A stretch of 64,000 nucleotides of DNA, taken from assembly GCA_963708295.1 (NCBI GenBank), contig CAVPSJ010000012.1, positions 32,001 through 96,000 on the forward strand. The letters are read 5' to 3'. The stretch comes from an uncultured delta proteobacterium. GTDB lineage: Bacteria; Desulfobacterota; BSN033; UBA1163. The notes below the pieces were generated by a model, which saw nothing but the letters and a program-made list of their open reading frames with translations, was not told the DNA's origin and did not search any database. Shown piece by piece: positions 53,327-62,858 of the stretch (within the stretch, counting starts at the first letter, position 1; every line of letters begins with the position of its first letter). Position numbers and translations under genes: made by a program.

Positions 53327-53686
53327 TCAGCAATAATTTATCCCAATTTTCTTAGTAATCTTGTCCAAGGTTTTATCGAAGGTCCAAAGAGGAACATCCG
53401 TTAGTAGAGCCGCGGCAATCAGATGAACATCTATATAGCCTAACCCCTTTCCCATAAGTTGATGATTCTCAATTAATTTTAAGACTTCTCCATCTTCGGC
53501 TAAGATTGTCATAGGAAGTGATTGAAGATATATAAGGATTTCATGCCTATTTTTGAGATTCCCACAGGCAAGCTCACCAACAATGAATGGATGGCATACA
53601 ACTTCCCCATCATTCAATAATTTCTCAAGGCCCACATTTCCATCACGCAGGTGAGACACCCATACGGAGGTATCAACAAGAACCAT
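53327..53686 (-). CDS. vapC: VapC PIN-domain toxin
   Basis: LVDTSVW, GELACG, GYIDVHL, WTFD. Confidence 0.9.
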   Translation of the reverse strand: MVLVDTSVWVSHLRDGNVGLEKLLNDGEVVCHPFIVGELACGNLKNRHEILIYLQSLPMTILAEDGEVLKLIENHQLMGKGLGYIDVHLIAAALLTDVPLWTFDKTLDKITKKIGINYC

Positions 53687-53687
53687 T

Positions 53688-53885
53688 TTATTTCTCTGCT
53701 ATTCTCCGGCGGGGTATCATTTTCAATCCCTTTTCGGTTCCGCCCAGTTTCGCAAGCCTCTTACTACTTTCCATTGCAATTAATGCCTCTAACCCAAGCT
53801 TGACGAGTGTTGTTTTTTCTTTAATGCCTGTCAGTTTTGAAACCTTCTTAATTAGGTTGTCTTCGATGTTTAAGGTCGTCCTCAT
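53688..53885 (-). CDS. vapB: VapB antitoxin
   Basis: MRTTLNIED, KTTLV, RLAKLGG; RBS aggagg; upstream of vapC. Confidence 0.88.
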   Translation of the reverse strand: MRTTLNIEDNLIKKVSKLTGIKEKTTLVKLGLEALIAMESSKRLAKLGGTEKGLKMIPRRRIAEK

Positions 53886-53952
53886 ATAATCCTCCTGTAT
53901 CATATATGTATCAATATGCATGATTAGTGCATACATTGTCAAGACCTTCCCG

Positions 53953-54004
53953 AGATAACGGCAGGCTATTCACGCTTCTTGAGAGATCATTTTGTGGAGC
54001 GTAT
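53953..54004 (-). other. attC R'/L' half, cut by the transposase relic
   Basis: Minus strand ...gaagcgtgaatagcctgcc GTTATCT; stem acgcttc/ggagcgt ends at the GGGG element end. Confidence 0.55.
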
Positions 54005-54150
54005 GGGGTCAGGTCTTGAATTATCAGTTTTGTTTATCCCTGTTCATAATCTTGCTGACCGTAGTATAATGCACCCTTAAATGATCGGCAATCTGTTTTA
54101 AGGTGTAACCATGGGTGACATGTGCATGATAGATGGCCCGGTCTCTTTGC
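54005..54150 (-). mobile_element. Relic 3' end of a RAYT-like transposase with its terminal sequence
   Basis: Minus frame RDRAIYHAHVTHGYTLKQIADHLRVHYTTVSKIMNRDKQN* (HTH), followed by taattcaagacctgacccc. Confidence 0.7.
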
Positions 54151-54153
54151 GGT

Positions 54154-54682
<529 letters not shown>

Positions 54683-54706
54683 TTACTTGTCGCAGTTATT
54701 ACTGAG

Positions 54707-54769
54707 GCCGAACATAGGCGTCACCCGGAGCCGGTTGTTTCGGCGATCGGGTGCACGCACTCGTTCGGT
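54707..54769 (-). other. attC site (63 bp)
   Basis: Minus strand ACCGAAC gagtgcgtgcacccg ... cgggtgacgcctat GTTCGGC, with an extra base in L''. Confidence 0.85.
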
Positions 54770-54941
54770 CGCCTTTTCCTGAAGGGCCAATTGGCTATGG
54801 CGAAAATAACGGCAAAATAGCTTGCCAATGCTGCCGTGATGTCCAAACCCTCGAAGGAGGAATGTGTGTCTGGGACGATGTACGTCTGCTTCAAGCCGAG
54901 CACACTACCGAAGCAAAGTGTAGAAACCATGCAATTGAGCT

Positions 54942-55313
54942 TCACCAAGTTTGAGTAGCAGTTTCGATTGTAACAGCCAAGGTGGCACGTAGCCAGCTGA
55001 ACCTTTCCTTCATGAAATCAAAATCAGGGCCGGACGTCACGAACCTTGCCGTTCCCTTGATCAAGAAACCGGCACCCGGCCCATGCAGGCCCTCGACCTT
55101 ACTGCTCCCCAATGTAATCAACACATTCGGATTATGGGCAATGTTGGCCTCCGTCTTGTGCATGTAACCTGCGGGGATAAACAGCCGTTCATCTTCTGAT
55201 ATCCTGAGGTAACTATTCCAGGTATTGACCAAGTGGGGGCCATCAGGTCCCAGGGTGGCGATCGCAACAACTCCGTCCTTCTTCATGATTTCCTTCAGTT
55301 TCTCCGGGATCAT
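54942..55313 (-). CDS. Pyridoxamine 5'-phosphate oxidase-like FMN-binding protein (cassette)
   Basis: GVVAIAT, PHLVNTWNSY, KTEAN, GPGAGFLIKG. Confidence 0.85.
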   Translation of the reverse strand: MIPEKLKEIMKKDGVVAIATLGPDGPHLVNTWNSYLRISEDERLFIPAGYMHKTEANIAHNPNVLITLGSSKVEGLHGPGAGFLIKGTARFVTSGPDFDFMKERFSWLRATLAVTIETATQTW

Positions 55314-55349
55314 CGTGTTCCTCCTTTTTTGTTTGGTTTGTTATTATGC

Positions 55350-55415
55350 GACGAACGAAAAAGGTCACCGGGAGCCAGATTTATCGGCGCTGTCGCCTCG
55401 ATTTTTTTGTTAGGG
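55350..55415 (-). other. attC site (66 bp, arms poorly paired)
   Basis: Minus strand CCCTAAC ... GTTCGTC directly after the stop at 55417. Confidence 0.7.
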
Positions 55416-55416
55416 G

Positions 55417-55896
55417 CTATTCGTCTTTGCATTTATCGCCTTTCAATATTCTTTCCTCTGCATATTGCGAAAGATAGCCCGAACCTCGAACAAACTTGGG
55501 AAGTGGTTCGATGCCGATTAATGGTATACATCTCTTATACTCCCTGATCAGCGAAAGCATGCGCTTACCGCGATTAATGACTTCACAGACTAATTCCTCT
55601 CCGGGATGTTCACCCATGTACACATTAAGTAAGTATGCCACTGCCTCATCGCCAGCTTTAGATCGGTTTTTCAAAATAGAATAAAAGCGCTTTTCGACGT
55701 CAGGAGTATATTGAGATTCACCACGCCAACGACCGTCTTCGGTAAACTGTTCTTTGTTCTGTTTTACACGTAGCTGCATCAATGGCTTAATCAGTTTCAT
55801 TGCTTTGTCTGAGAATTTTGCAGGTTTGCAATCATCAGCAATGGCAGCAGACACCAACAAAAGCATGCAGATAATAATATTCGTTATTATTCTCAT
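55417..55896 (-). CDS. Exported hypothetical protein (cassette)
   Basis: Signal peptide; bounded by GTTAGGG and CCCTAAC. Confidence 0.7.
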   Translation of the reverse strand: MRIITNIIICMLLLVSAAIADDCKPAKFSDKAMKLIKPLMQLRVKQNKEQFTEDGRWRGESQYTPDVEKRFYSILKNRSKAGDEAVAYLLNVYMGEHPGEELVCEVINRGKRMLSLIREYKRCIPLIGIEPLPKFVRGSGYLSQYAEERILKGDKCKDE

Positions 55897-55903
55897 TTTA
55901 TTG

Positions 55904-55962
55904 CCCTAACGTTACTCCTCAGGCGCGGCCTTTGGGACGCCGCCTGGAGGAGCTTGTTGGCC
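55904..55962 (-). other. attC site (59 bp)
   Basis: Minus strand GGCCAAC aagctcctccaggcg ... cgcctgaggagtaac GTTAGGG. Confidence 0.88.
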
Positions 55963-56538
55963 TTTCTTTTCCTTGATGCAGTGCTTTGAGTGCGTCAGAC
56001 CCGTGAGAGCTGTTATTACTGCCCCACCGAGAAAAACAGTAGAGCCTGTGAAGAGATAGACAACCAAAAAAAGGACCGCAAAGCTAAGGAGTTCAACGAA
56101 AGATATTCGGTAACTCAACCATTTTTCATAGCGAATCTGCCCCGACAGCCCTCGATGCTCCTTGGCAATGCGAAACAGCGAGATGTTTCTAATATGTCTG
56201 ACAAGAATGGCGGCTTCTCTCAAAATAAGCCCGCCACATAGAAAACGGAAGAAGTACGATGCGATCAAATCTTCTTTGGAAACATACCAAAGGAACACGA
56301 TGATGATTGAGGTTATAGCTGCCGCGCGGAAGAACCGCGGGCTGAACATGCGGAGCACGTCGATATCCTTCTGGAATTCGGGAGTAAGTTCGTAGCTACC
56401 TTCGAACACGAAATGATCCCTCGCTCCAGCGGTTAGGTATCGCGCCCCGAGAATCGTCAGATAGTAATCCGAGATGTAAAGCATGACCCATAGCGGAAGA
56501 ACAACCCAAAGCTTCTGGAATATGAATTCTTCAAACAT
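55912..56538 (-). CDS. Membrane protein (cassette; reads through its attC)
   Basis: About 5 TM; DYYLT..G, YELTP; bounded by GTTGGCC and GGCCAAC. Confidence 0.72.
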   Translation of the reverse strand: MFEEFIFQKLWVVLPLWVMLYISDYYLTILGARYLTAGARDHFVFEGSYELTPEFQKDIDVLRMFSPRFFRAAAITSIIIVFLWYVSKEDLIASYFFRFLCGGLILREAAILVRHIRNISLFRIAKEHRGLSGQIRYEKWLSYRISFVELLSFAVLFLVVYLFTGSTVFLGGAVITALTGLTHSKHCIKEKKGQQAPPGGVPKAAPEE

Positions 56539-56550
56539 CGTATCTCACAA

Positions 56551-56639
56551 GGCCAACGAAAGAAATAAGGCGCGGGGGCAACCACCCTCGCTAAATGGCG
56601 ACGGGGCTATTCCCCGTCGCCTTGATTGACTGGTTGGCA
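56551..56639 (-). other. attC site (89 bp)
   Basis: Minus strand TGCCAAC cagtcaatcaaggcg ... cgccttatttctttc GTTGGCC. Confidence 0.88.
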
Positions 56640-56640
56640 G

Positions 56641-56934
56641 TTATTGTCTTGCCATCTGGACTCGGGAGACGACCATTGCTGCCCAAAGGATAAGGATGAC
56701 CACCAAAATAATCTTCTCTTTCAGTCTCGATCTGGCCTTCTGCTCGTCCGGAATCAGCTCAAGATCACGGAAGAATAGAATACTTACAAGGGCAATAGGA
56801 AAACCGAAGGCCCCGGCAACCCACCATAAGGCGCGACTGCGGTGCTTTCGTTTTGCTAGGACGCCAGGGATTGCACCCAGACCGATAGAAATCAAGATGA
56901 AGATCAGAAGCGGCAGAAACATCAATAAGTTCAT
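56641..56934 (-). CDS. Small membrane protein (cassette)
   Basis: 3 TM, AKRKHRS..WW; RBS aggag; bounded by GTTGGCAG and CTGCCAAC. Confidence 0.7.
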   Translation of the reverse strand: MNLLMFLPLLIFILISIGLGAIPGVLAKRKHRSRALWWVAGAFGFPIALVSILFFRDLELIPDEQKARSRLKEKIILVVILILWAAMVVSRVQMARQ

Positions 56935-56946
56935 TTCATCATCTCC

Positions 56947-57017
56947 TGCCAACGCGCGAGTTGACCGACTTTTTGCCCTGGCAATGGGCGCGTGACGCCC
57001 GATTGACGGCCGGGAAT
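56947..57017 (-). other. attC R'/L' half, cut by the transposase element
   Basis: Minus strand ...aagtcggtcaactcgcgc GTTGGCA; R'' side absent. Confidence 0.7.
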
Positions 57018-58111
57018 GGGGGACGTCCATAAAAATATAAGATTCTACCCTTCCATCAGTTGGAGATGTCTTTCTTCGATGATTCTCGCCCCCCGTTTTA
57101 CCGCCTGACTCACCGCTGGCTGTGTCACACCCAGCCTCCTTGCCACCTCCGTCCCACTCACGCCCAGCTCCCTCACCGCCCAGTAACTCACCACACTGCG
57201 GGCGGCCACCCCCCTCGGGGACTTCCCCTCTGTCTTGACCTCCTCCACTCTCATCCCAAACAGCTCTGCCACCCTTCCGATGATTCCCTCCAGATTCAAT
57301 CCTTCCGCTCTCAATCCGTATCGCCGCTCCATCGCCTCTTCCGACGCCTTAAGCACGTCCCCCACAAATTCGCTCTCCCCTAAAATCCGCTCATCTCCTT
57401 TGAACCGGCCTCTCCACCTCCCCAGTCCCTCAACTCCTTCCCATCCCCCTAGACTCCGAATCAGCCCTCCTCCCATCAGATCCGGCCTTCGCCCCCTCCG
57501 TACCCCCTGTTCGACATACTCCCGGTACTTTCTTCTTGCCACTTTCACCCTGCGCCCGAAATACGCTAATACCGTGTCCACATCCTGCCACTCTCTCTTC
57601 CGAAACCCCATGATCACACTGTGTCCGCTGTACGGATAGTGGTCCAGCGCATCTAAACTCTCCACCATTTTCCCCCGGAGTGCGTTCAGGTGAATATAAC
57701 GGACCAGTTCCAACAGATATCGATCCTCCTGACACAGAATCGATTTGTAACGATTCTGAAATAACACCCCATGTCTTCGGTGCCGTCGATTGTAAGTCAC
57801 GGCGTAGCCGGTCAGAAGCCGCCGCATCAGTCCTGCCACGGAAATTACTCCGCTCCGTACCAGAAGATGGACATGGTTGGGCAGCAGAGCCCAGGCAAAA
57901 CAGGATGTTTTCGTTTCCAAAAGAAGAAGTCCCAGACGGTCGAGAAACACGCTACGATCCTCATCGTCCTGGAAGATTCGCTTCCGCTCGATTCCTCGCA
58001 CAATGAGATGCTGCACTCCGCCAGGATAATCGATCCTTGCTTTCCGAGGCATGAAAACACCCTATCAACTCCCAACCAACATGTCAACTTATAATTTTAT
58101 GGACGTCCCCC
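57018..58111 (-). mobile_element. 1094-bp element with 24-bp terminal inverted repeats encoding a RAYT-like Y1 transposase
   Basis: gggggacgtccataaaaatataag (57018-57041) vs cttataattttatggacgtccccc (58088-58111), 23/24 match; no target duplication seen. Confidence 0.85.
57045..58052 (-). CDS. RAYT-like HUH (Y1) transposase with C-terminal HTH
   Basis: MPRKAR, HLIVRG, NHVHLL (HUH), LFQNRY, YIHLN, YPYSG, EVARRLGVTQPAVS. Confidence 0.9.
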   Translation of the reverse strand: MPRKARIDYPGGVQHLIVRGIERKRIFQDDEDRSVFLDRLGLLLLETKTSCFAWALLPNHVHLLVRSGVISVAGLMRRLLTGYAVTYNRRHRRHGVLFQNRYKSILCQEDRYLLELVRYIHLNALRGKMVESLDALDHYPYSGHSVIMGFRKREWQDVDTVLAYFGRRVKVARRKYREYVEQGVRRGRRPDLMGGGLIRSLGGWEGVEGLGRWRGRFKGDERILGESEFVGDVLKASEEAMERRYGLRAEGLNLEGIIGRVAELFGMRVEEVKTEGKSPRGVAARSVVSYWAVRELGVSGTEVARRLGVTQPAVSQAVKRGARIIEERHLQLMEG

Positions 58112-58443
58112 TTGTTTCCCATGAATATTAAATACCAGTGTCCCGGGAAAACCCACCATGTAAGCAGTGTGGAGTAACCCGCTCCAATAATTAATATTCT
58201 CTTTCTCGTCTCAGGAATATACCAATAACGGCGGCAGATAGCCTCAACCGGCATTGCAATTAAAATAATAAAAAGTAGCGGGAACGAAAAAAAATAGTAC
58301 GCAATTTGCGGTCCCATGTTAGGGTGGTAATCCATGTATTTGTAATATTCTACTCTCAAATAGAGAAGAATGAATAAACCGACTAAAGCGCCTATTACGA
58401 TGAATGGCATGGCCGACCAATATTTAATTTCTTTTGATGTCAT
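58084..58443 (-). pseudogene. Membrane-protein cassette truncated by the transposase element
   Basis: Hydrophobic AT-rich ORF whose last codons (GDVHKIIS) come from the terminal repeat. Confidence 0.6.
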
Positions 58444-58452
58444 TTTATTTTG

Positions 58453-58522
58453 GTTTAACGATTTGCATAACCTGCGCGGGCAGTCACCATGCCCAAAACC
58501 TGACGCGGCTATTCCGCGTCAC
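58453..58522 (-). other. Partial attC site
   Basis: Minus strand tgacgcggaatagccgcgtca ... cgcaggttatgcaaatc GTTAAAC; internal hairpin resembles attC 56551-56639. Confidence 0.65.
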
Positions 58523-58956
58523 CATTAAGAGTTGAGGCATTATATTTATTGCAACCCGGACACAAATGCCGGGGCTTTCTAACGGGGTCAAAAGCCCGGT
58601 GGATACCTAAAGGAAACGATAGACAATGATATGGTGCAGGTTGTCCGGGGCGTCAAGATATTCTAGCACAAACGCATTTATTTCTTTGACATAAGCTCCC
58701 CTCACCCTTCCCCCCTCCCCACTGGGGAGAGGGTGGGGTGAGGGAGGATTGAACCTGGCGGGGTTGACTATGATTCAAGTAACATCATTCCGAACCTTGC
58801 TCTGGAGCAAGGAACGGCGCCCCTCTATGTTGTAAATAGTCTCATCACCCCCACCCTCACCCTCCCCCGTCGAAGGGGGAGGGGATTAGGTTAAGGCGCG
58901 AGGGCCGATTTTTCGATTCCCTTTGTTTAGCCTGAAAACTGTTTTATCATTTGTTC

Positions 58957-59580
58957 ATGTGGACCAGAAGAAAACTCCTGAGAACGTGGTTTTGGGCTGC
59001 TTTATCAAGCTTCATTTTTCATCCCCTCTCCATCGGCTGGGCCGAGACAAAGAAGATCCTTCCAAAGGGATTCTCAAAAAACAAGCTCAAGGACATGAAC
59101 CCGGCTGAAATTGACGACCGAAATCTTGAGATTGATCCCCTTGGAAAATTCGGAACGATGGGGCCGACGGACGTACCCATCGATCTAAAAACGTATCGAC
59201 TCAAGGTCACGGGAAAGGTGGAACGCCCTCTTTCGCTCAGTTACGATGAAATTCTCAAGTCTCCCCCCTTGACGGAGACGGTCCTGCTCATCTGTCCTGG
59301 CTTCTTTGCCAATAACGGACGCTGGACTGGCTTCAATTTGAAGAGCTTCTTTGAAGAGGCGCAGATTAAGAAAGAGGCTCAATTTATCGACGTTGTGGGA
59401 GCCAGCGAAAAGCGAGTTAGAATTCCGTTAAAAGATCTCGACCAGAAAAAGATCTTTCTGGCCTACCGGGTGAACGGTGAAGCCCTTCCCCAAAAACACG
59501 GGTTTCCGTTGAGACTGGTTTACGAAGACGCCTATGGGTATGATTGGGTGAAGTATGTGGATGAAATCGTCGTCTCATAG
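58957..59580 (+). CDS. Sulfite-oxidase-family molybdopterin-binding oxidoreductase, probable Tat export
   Basis: TRRKLL, YRLKVTGKV, LICP, WTG, HGFPLRLV, WVKYV. Confidence 0.85.
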   Translation: MWTRRKLLRTWFWAALSSFIFHPLSIGWAETKKILPKGFSKNKLKDMNPAEIDDRNLEIDPLGKFGTMGPTDVPIDLKTYRLKVTGKVERPLSLSYDEILKSPPLTETVLLICPGFFANNGRWTGFNLKSFFEEAQIKKEAQFIDVVGASEKRVRIPLKDLDQKKIFLAYRVNGEALPQKHGFPLRLVYEDAYGYDWVKYVDEIVVS

Positions 59581-59616
59581 ATAGTCGGCGGTTGAAATAT
59601 GACCATCCGTAGGAAA

Positions 59617-59642
59617 AGGGAACGCATATATGCGTTCCCTAC
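59617..59642. repeat. REP-like palindrome GGGAACGCATATATGCGTTCCCTAC
   Basis: Copy at 62650-62673 shares the downstream atttcggaagtcccc. Confidence 0.75.
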
Positions 59643-59887
59643 AAAGGATTTCGGAAGTCCCCGTGAACGGGATTTCGAAGACTCAACTCGCATCAACTGA
59701 GCGGATATACGCTTTGAAAAATCTCCCCTATCCCCTCTTTGCCAAAGAGGGGAATTTCGTCCCTATTTCAGAGGTAGTCTCTCACGTCTGAATAATTACG
59801 CATTGATTAATATTAGCAAACCATTGAGCAGAAAGCGGAGACGGCGGACTCAATTTTCGGATCATCCGGTTATTGAGTCATTGGAAT

Positions 59888-60919
59888 TTATTTGGGGTTT
59901 GAAATTTGGGATTTGGTTATTCCGTTCTCCTGGGCGGTTCCATTTTCGGCTAAAAATTCCAAAACAAGGGCGGCGACGTCTTCCGGTTTCTGCAACTCCA
60001 AATCGTGAATGCCATCATTAAACCGGACAATCCTGGCATTTCGAAGGTGGGCCCTCAAGAACTCCGCATTCGTCACTGCCATCCCGTGATAATAGGAATT
60101 CCCCCCGTAAAGGTAAAGAACAGGGGTTTGAATGGTTTTGGCCTGATCCGTGAAATCTCTCGATGTCTCGAGGGTCCGGGAGATGAGATGCCATGAAACG
60201 GCTGAAGCGGTTTTGTTATTTTCGGTGATGATCTCAACAACTTCTCTCTTTTCTGCCTCGGTCATCTGCTCCCATGCCTTGCCCATGACCGATTTTGCAA
60301 CGATCCTGGAGGCAAGGCCCAAACGAATCACCCCGATCGAAAGCTCTCCAACCACAGGCCATCCTAAGAGTCCCTTCATCGGCCGATAGGGAATATCCTG
60401 ATTTCTAATGCCGTTTCCTTCAATGGAGATGATCTTGTCCACCTTCTCCGGGTAACGAGCGGCAAGATTTAAGGCGATCGCTCCCCCATAGGAAACCCCG
60501 AAAATCTGAGCCCTCGGGATCTGCAAGGCCTCGATCATCTTCACGATCAAATCGGCCTGCTCTTCGATAGTGTACCCAAACCCGGACCGGGGTTTGTCGG
60601 AATCTCCCACACCGAGGTAATCGACACAAAACAGTTTATAATGGTTGGAAAGATATGGGATGATCCTGTTCCAGTGTCTGTAGGTGCTAAAGGCCCCCGG
60701 GATGAGAACGATGGGCTCACCCTCCCCCGCCTCGACATAATGAATATTGTAGCCCTGAACGACAACGAACTTATCCACACCGTATTGAGGCTTCGAATAA
60801 ACTTTGTGTTGGTCATTTTTGACCATGTAGCTGCAGCTACTGATCAGGAAAACGCAACCGGACATGAGAAGAACGGCGCCCATCCGGCCAAATTTGACGT
60901 TCGATATCATCCTCTTCAT
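59888..60919 (-). CDS. Alpha/beta hydrolase, probable lipoprotein
   Basis: DYLGVGDSDKP, GVSYGG nucleophile elbow, GIHDL; LISSC. Confidence 0.88.
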   Translation of the reverse strand: MKRMISNVKFGRMGAVLLMSGCVFLISSCSYMVKNDQHKVYSKPQYGVDKFVVVQGYNIHYVEAGEGEPIVLIPGAFSTYRHWNRIIPYLSNHYKLFCVDYLGVGDSDKPRSGFGYTIEEQADLIVKMIEALQIPRAQIFGVSYGGAIALNLAARYPEKVDKIISIEGNGIRNQDIPYRPMKGLLGWPVVGELSIGVIRLGLASRIVAKSVMGKAWEQMTEAEKREVVEIITENNKTASAVSWHLISRTLETSRDFTDQAKTIQTPVLYLYGGNSYYHGMAVTNAEFLRAHLRNARIVRFNDGIHDLELQKPEDVAALVLEFLAENGTAQENGITKSQISNPK

Positions 60920-61025
60920 CACGGTCACCCGCAAAGGGCGGAGCTCGGCATGGTGTTCCCTTTATATTGTACCCCTTGACCCCGCCCGAAGGGCGGGGAT
61001 TCGGGGAATCTGTCAAAAAATTCAA

Positions 61026-61352
61026 TTACCAACCTCCAAGCAAATGAAGATGAAGATGGAAAATGACCTGGCCGCCCCCACGCTCGACATTAAAGAGCAG
61101 CCGATAGCCCGACTGAGCAATCGATACTTCTCTTGCCATCTCCTTCGCCCTGACGATCATTTCTAACACAATACCCTTATCTTTTTCCTCTAAATCGTTG
61201 AGGCTTCGAATATGTTTCCTGGGAACAATGAGAAGATGAACCGGTGCATGGGGACGGATATCCTTAAAAACAACCAAAGACTCATCCTGATACAGGAAAT
61301 CGGCTGGCTGTTCTCCTTTTATGATTTTACAGAAAATACATTTTTCTTCCAT
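61026..61352 (-). CDS. hinT: Histidine triad nucleotide-binding protein
   Basis: CIFCKI, DIRP.APVH, GQVIFHLHLHLLGG. Confidence 0.92.
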   Translation of the reverse strand: MEEKCIFCKIIKGEQPADFLYQDESLVVFKDIRPHAPVHLLIVPRKHIRSLNDLEEKDKGIVLEMIVRAKEMAREVSIAQSGYRLLFNVERGGGQVIFHLHLHLLGGW

Positions 61353-61535
61353 AGAACCGGGCGACCGGCCCGCACAGGCCCGGTTTTCAATCGACTATCT
61401 TTAATATGCCTAAGACGATATGTCAATAAATAGTCCAATAAATATTATTACTGCCCGGTTTAAACGGAAGTCTTAAGCCGTCGCATTGATTTTATTCGCC
61501 TTTTCGATCAATATGCGTATCTATTAAATCCAGGT

Positions 61536-61764
61536 TCATCGCAGAGACGCAAAGAACGCTGAGGGAATTTTCTTATGATCCGATCGGGAGACGGCGATCT
61601 GATCATAAACCCTCACCTTTCAGGGATAGATTCAAAGTTGCGTTTCATCACTATGGGCTGCGAATAATGCATGTTTCAACGTGGAAGAGAGCTTTTTATT
61701 TGGCGGCCTCTCCCCGCCAAATGGAAGAGTCATTCCTCTGCGCCCTCTGCGCCTCCGCGGTGAA
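61536..61764. repeat. Inverted 9-bp repeat arms with nested hairpins
   Basis: ttcatcgcagaga-cgcaaagaa-cgctgag ... ctctgcgcc-ctctgcgcc-tccgcggtgaa. Confidence 0.75.
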
Positions 61765-61795
61765 ATTTCTATCCTGGACAAGATTGATAAATTAT

Positions 61796-62554
61796 TTAAG
61801 GCAAGAACGGGATTCCGAAAAGGTGCGAGGCGTTGGCTGTGGTCTGCTCTGCTACGATCGAACGATCCAATTTTTTCAGCCGGGCTACCTCTCCCAGGGA
61901 TACGAGCACATCTTTAGGCCTTGCCTCCCTTCCCTGATACCTCACAGGGGTGTCCGTCTCCAGCAGAATCCTCTCGATCGGTGCCCGTTTGATTGCCTCT
62001 TGATGAGGGGGGCTGTAAACCAAAGCAGGGGTCGCTGAAATAAAGTAGCCTCTAGACAAAATTTTATCCAAGAGGTCAACAGAGCCCGAATACCAATGAA
62101 AAACCACTTTCTCGATCTTCTTTTCCTTCACCATCTCAAACGTCCGCTGATGGGAGTATCGACAATGAATAATGACTGGCTTGTCATATTCACGGGCAAT
62201 CTCCAGAAGCTTCCCGAAGACCTCCCATTGCAGACCCTTCCTGACCTTGATTCTATAATCCAATCCGACCTCACCCAAAGCCACCCCTTCCTTCAGATGA
62301 TTCCGGATGAAGGAAAGGTTTGTCTCCACCTCTTCTTCTTTAATCTTCCATGGGTGATAGCCCAGGGCCGGATAGACGTACCGGGTATTCGATCCGGCGA
62401 TCCCGAGAGCTCTTTGATTCGATTCGATATCCATTCCTACGGCGACGATGCCGCATACACCCGCTTCCTTGGCCTCTCGAAGAGATGTCGGGAGGTCATC
62501 CAGCTCCTCCAGATGAGCATGGCCGTCTATCAAATATAATTCTTTTGTAGCCAC
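61796..62554 (-). CDS. TatD family hydrolase
   Basis: IDGHAH, GYHP, GEVGLD, IHCR, FHW, LETD. Confidence 0.92.
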   Translation of the reverse strand: MATKELYLIDGHAHLEELDDLPTSLREAKEAGVCGIVAVGMDIESNQRALGIAGSNTRYVYPALGYHPWKIKEEEVETNLSFIRNHLKEGVALGEVGLDYRIKVRKGLQWEVFGKLLEIAREYDKPVIIHCRYSHQRTFEMVKEKKIEKVVFHWYSGSVDLLDKILSRGYFISATPALVYSPPHQEAIKRAPIERILLETDTPVRYQGREARPKDVLVSLGEVARLKKLDRSIVAEQTTANASHLFGIPFLP

Positions 62555-62858
62555 CTGGTATCAATCCTTAGTCTCACAGGCTGTAGAAAAACGTAGAAAA
62601 ACCTTGATCTGCTTCGGTTCCCTCATCCCTTGCTATTGCAGCACGGTCAGGAACGCATATATGCGTTCCCTACAAAAGATTTCGCGGACATTTCGGAAGT
62701 CCCCGCCCTATGCCACTCGGTTTCCCCTCCTCACCCGCAAGTCGTTGCAACTCGATTCCCTTCCCTTAACCCCGCCTCGCCTCCCCTTAATTTAAGGGGA
62801 GGTAGGGAGGAGTTAAAGGGATCCCGCCAAGGGGGAGGGAGATGAGCTCGCCTCGTCC

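Noticed and set aside
58523-58950. Integron integrase or attI upstream of the array
   Set aside because: No tyrosine-recombinase ORF; the region holds only palindromic repeats.
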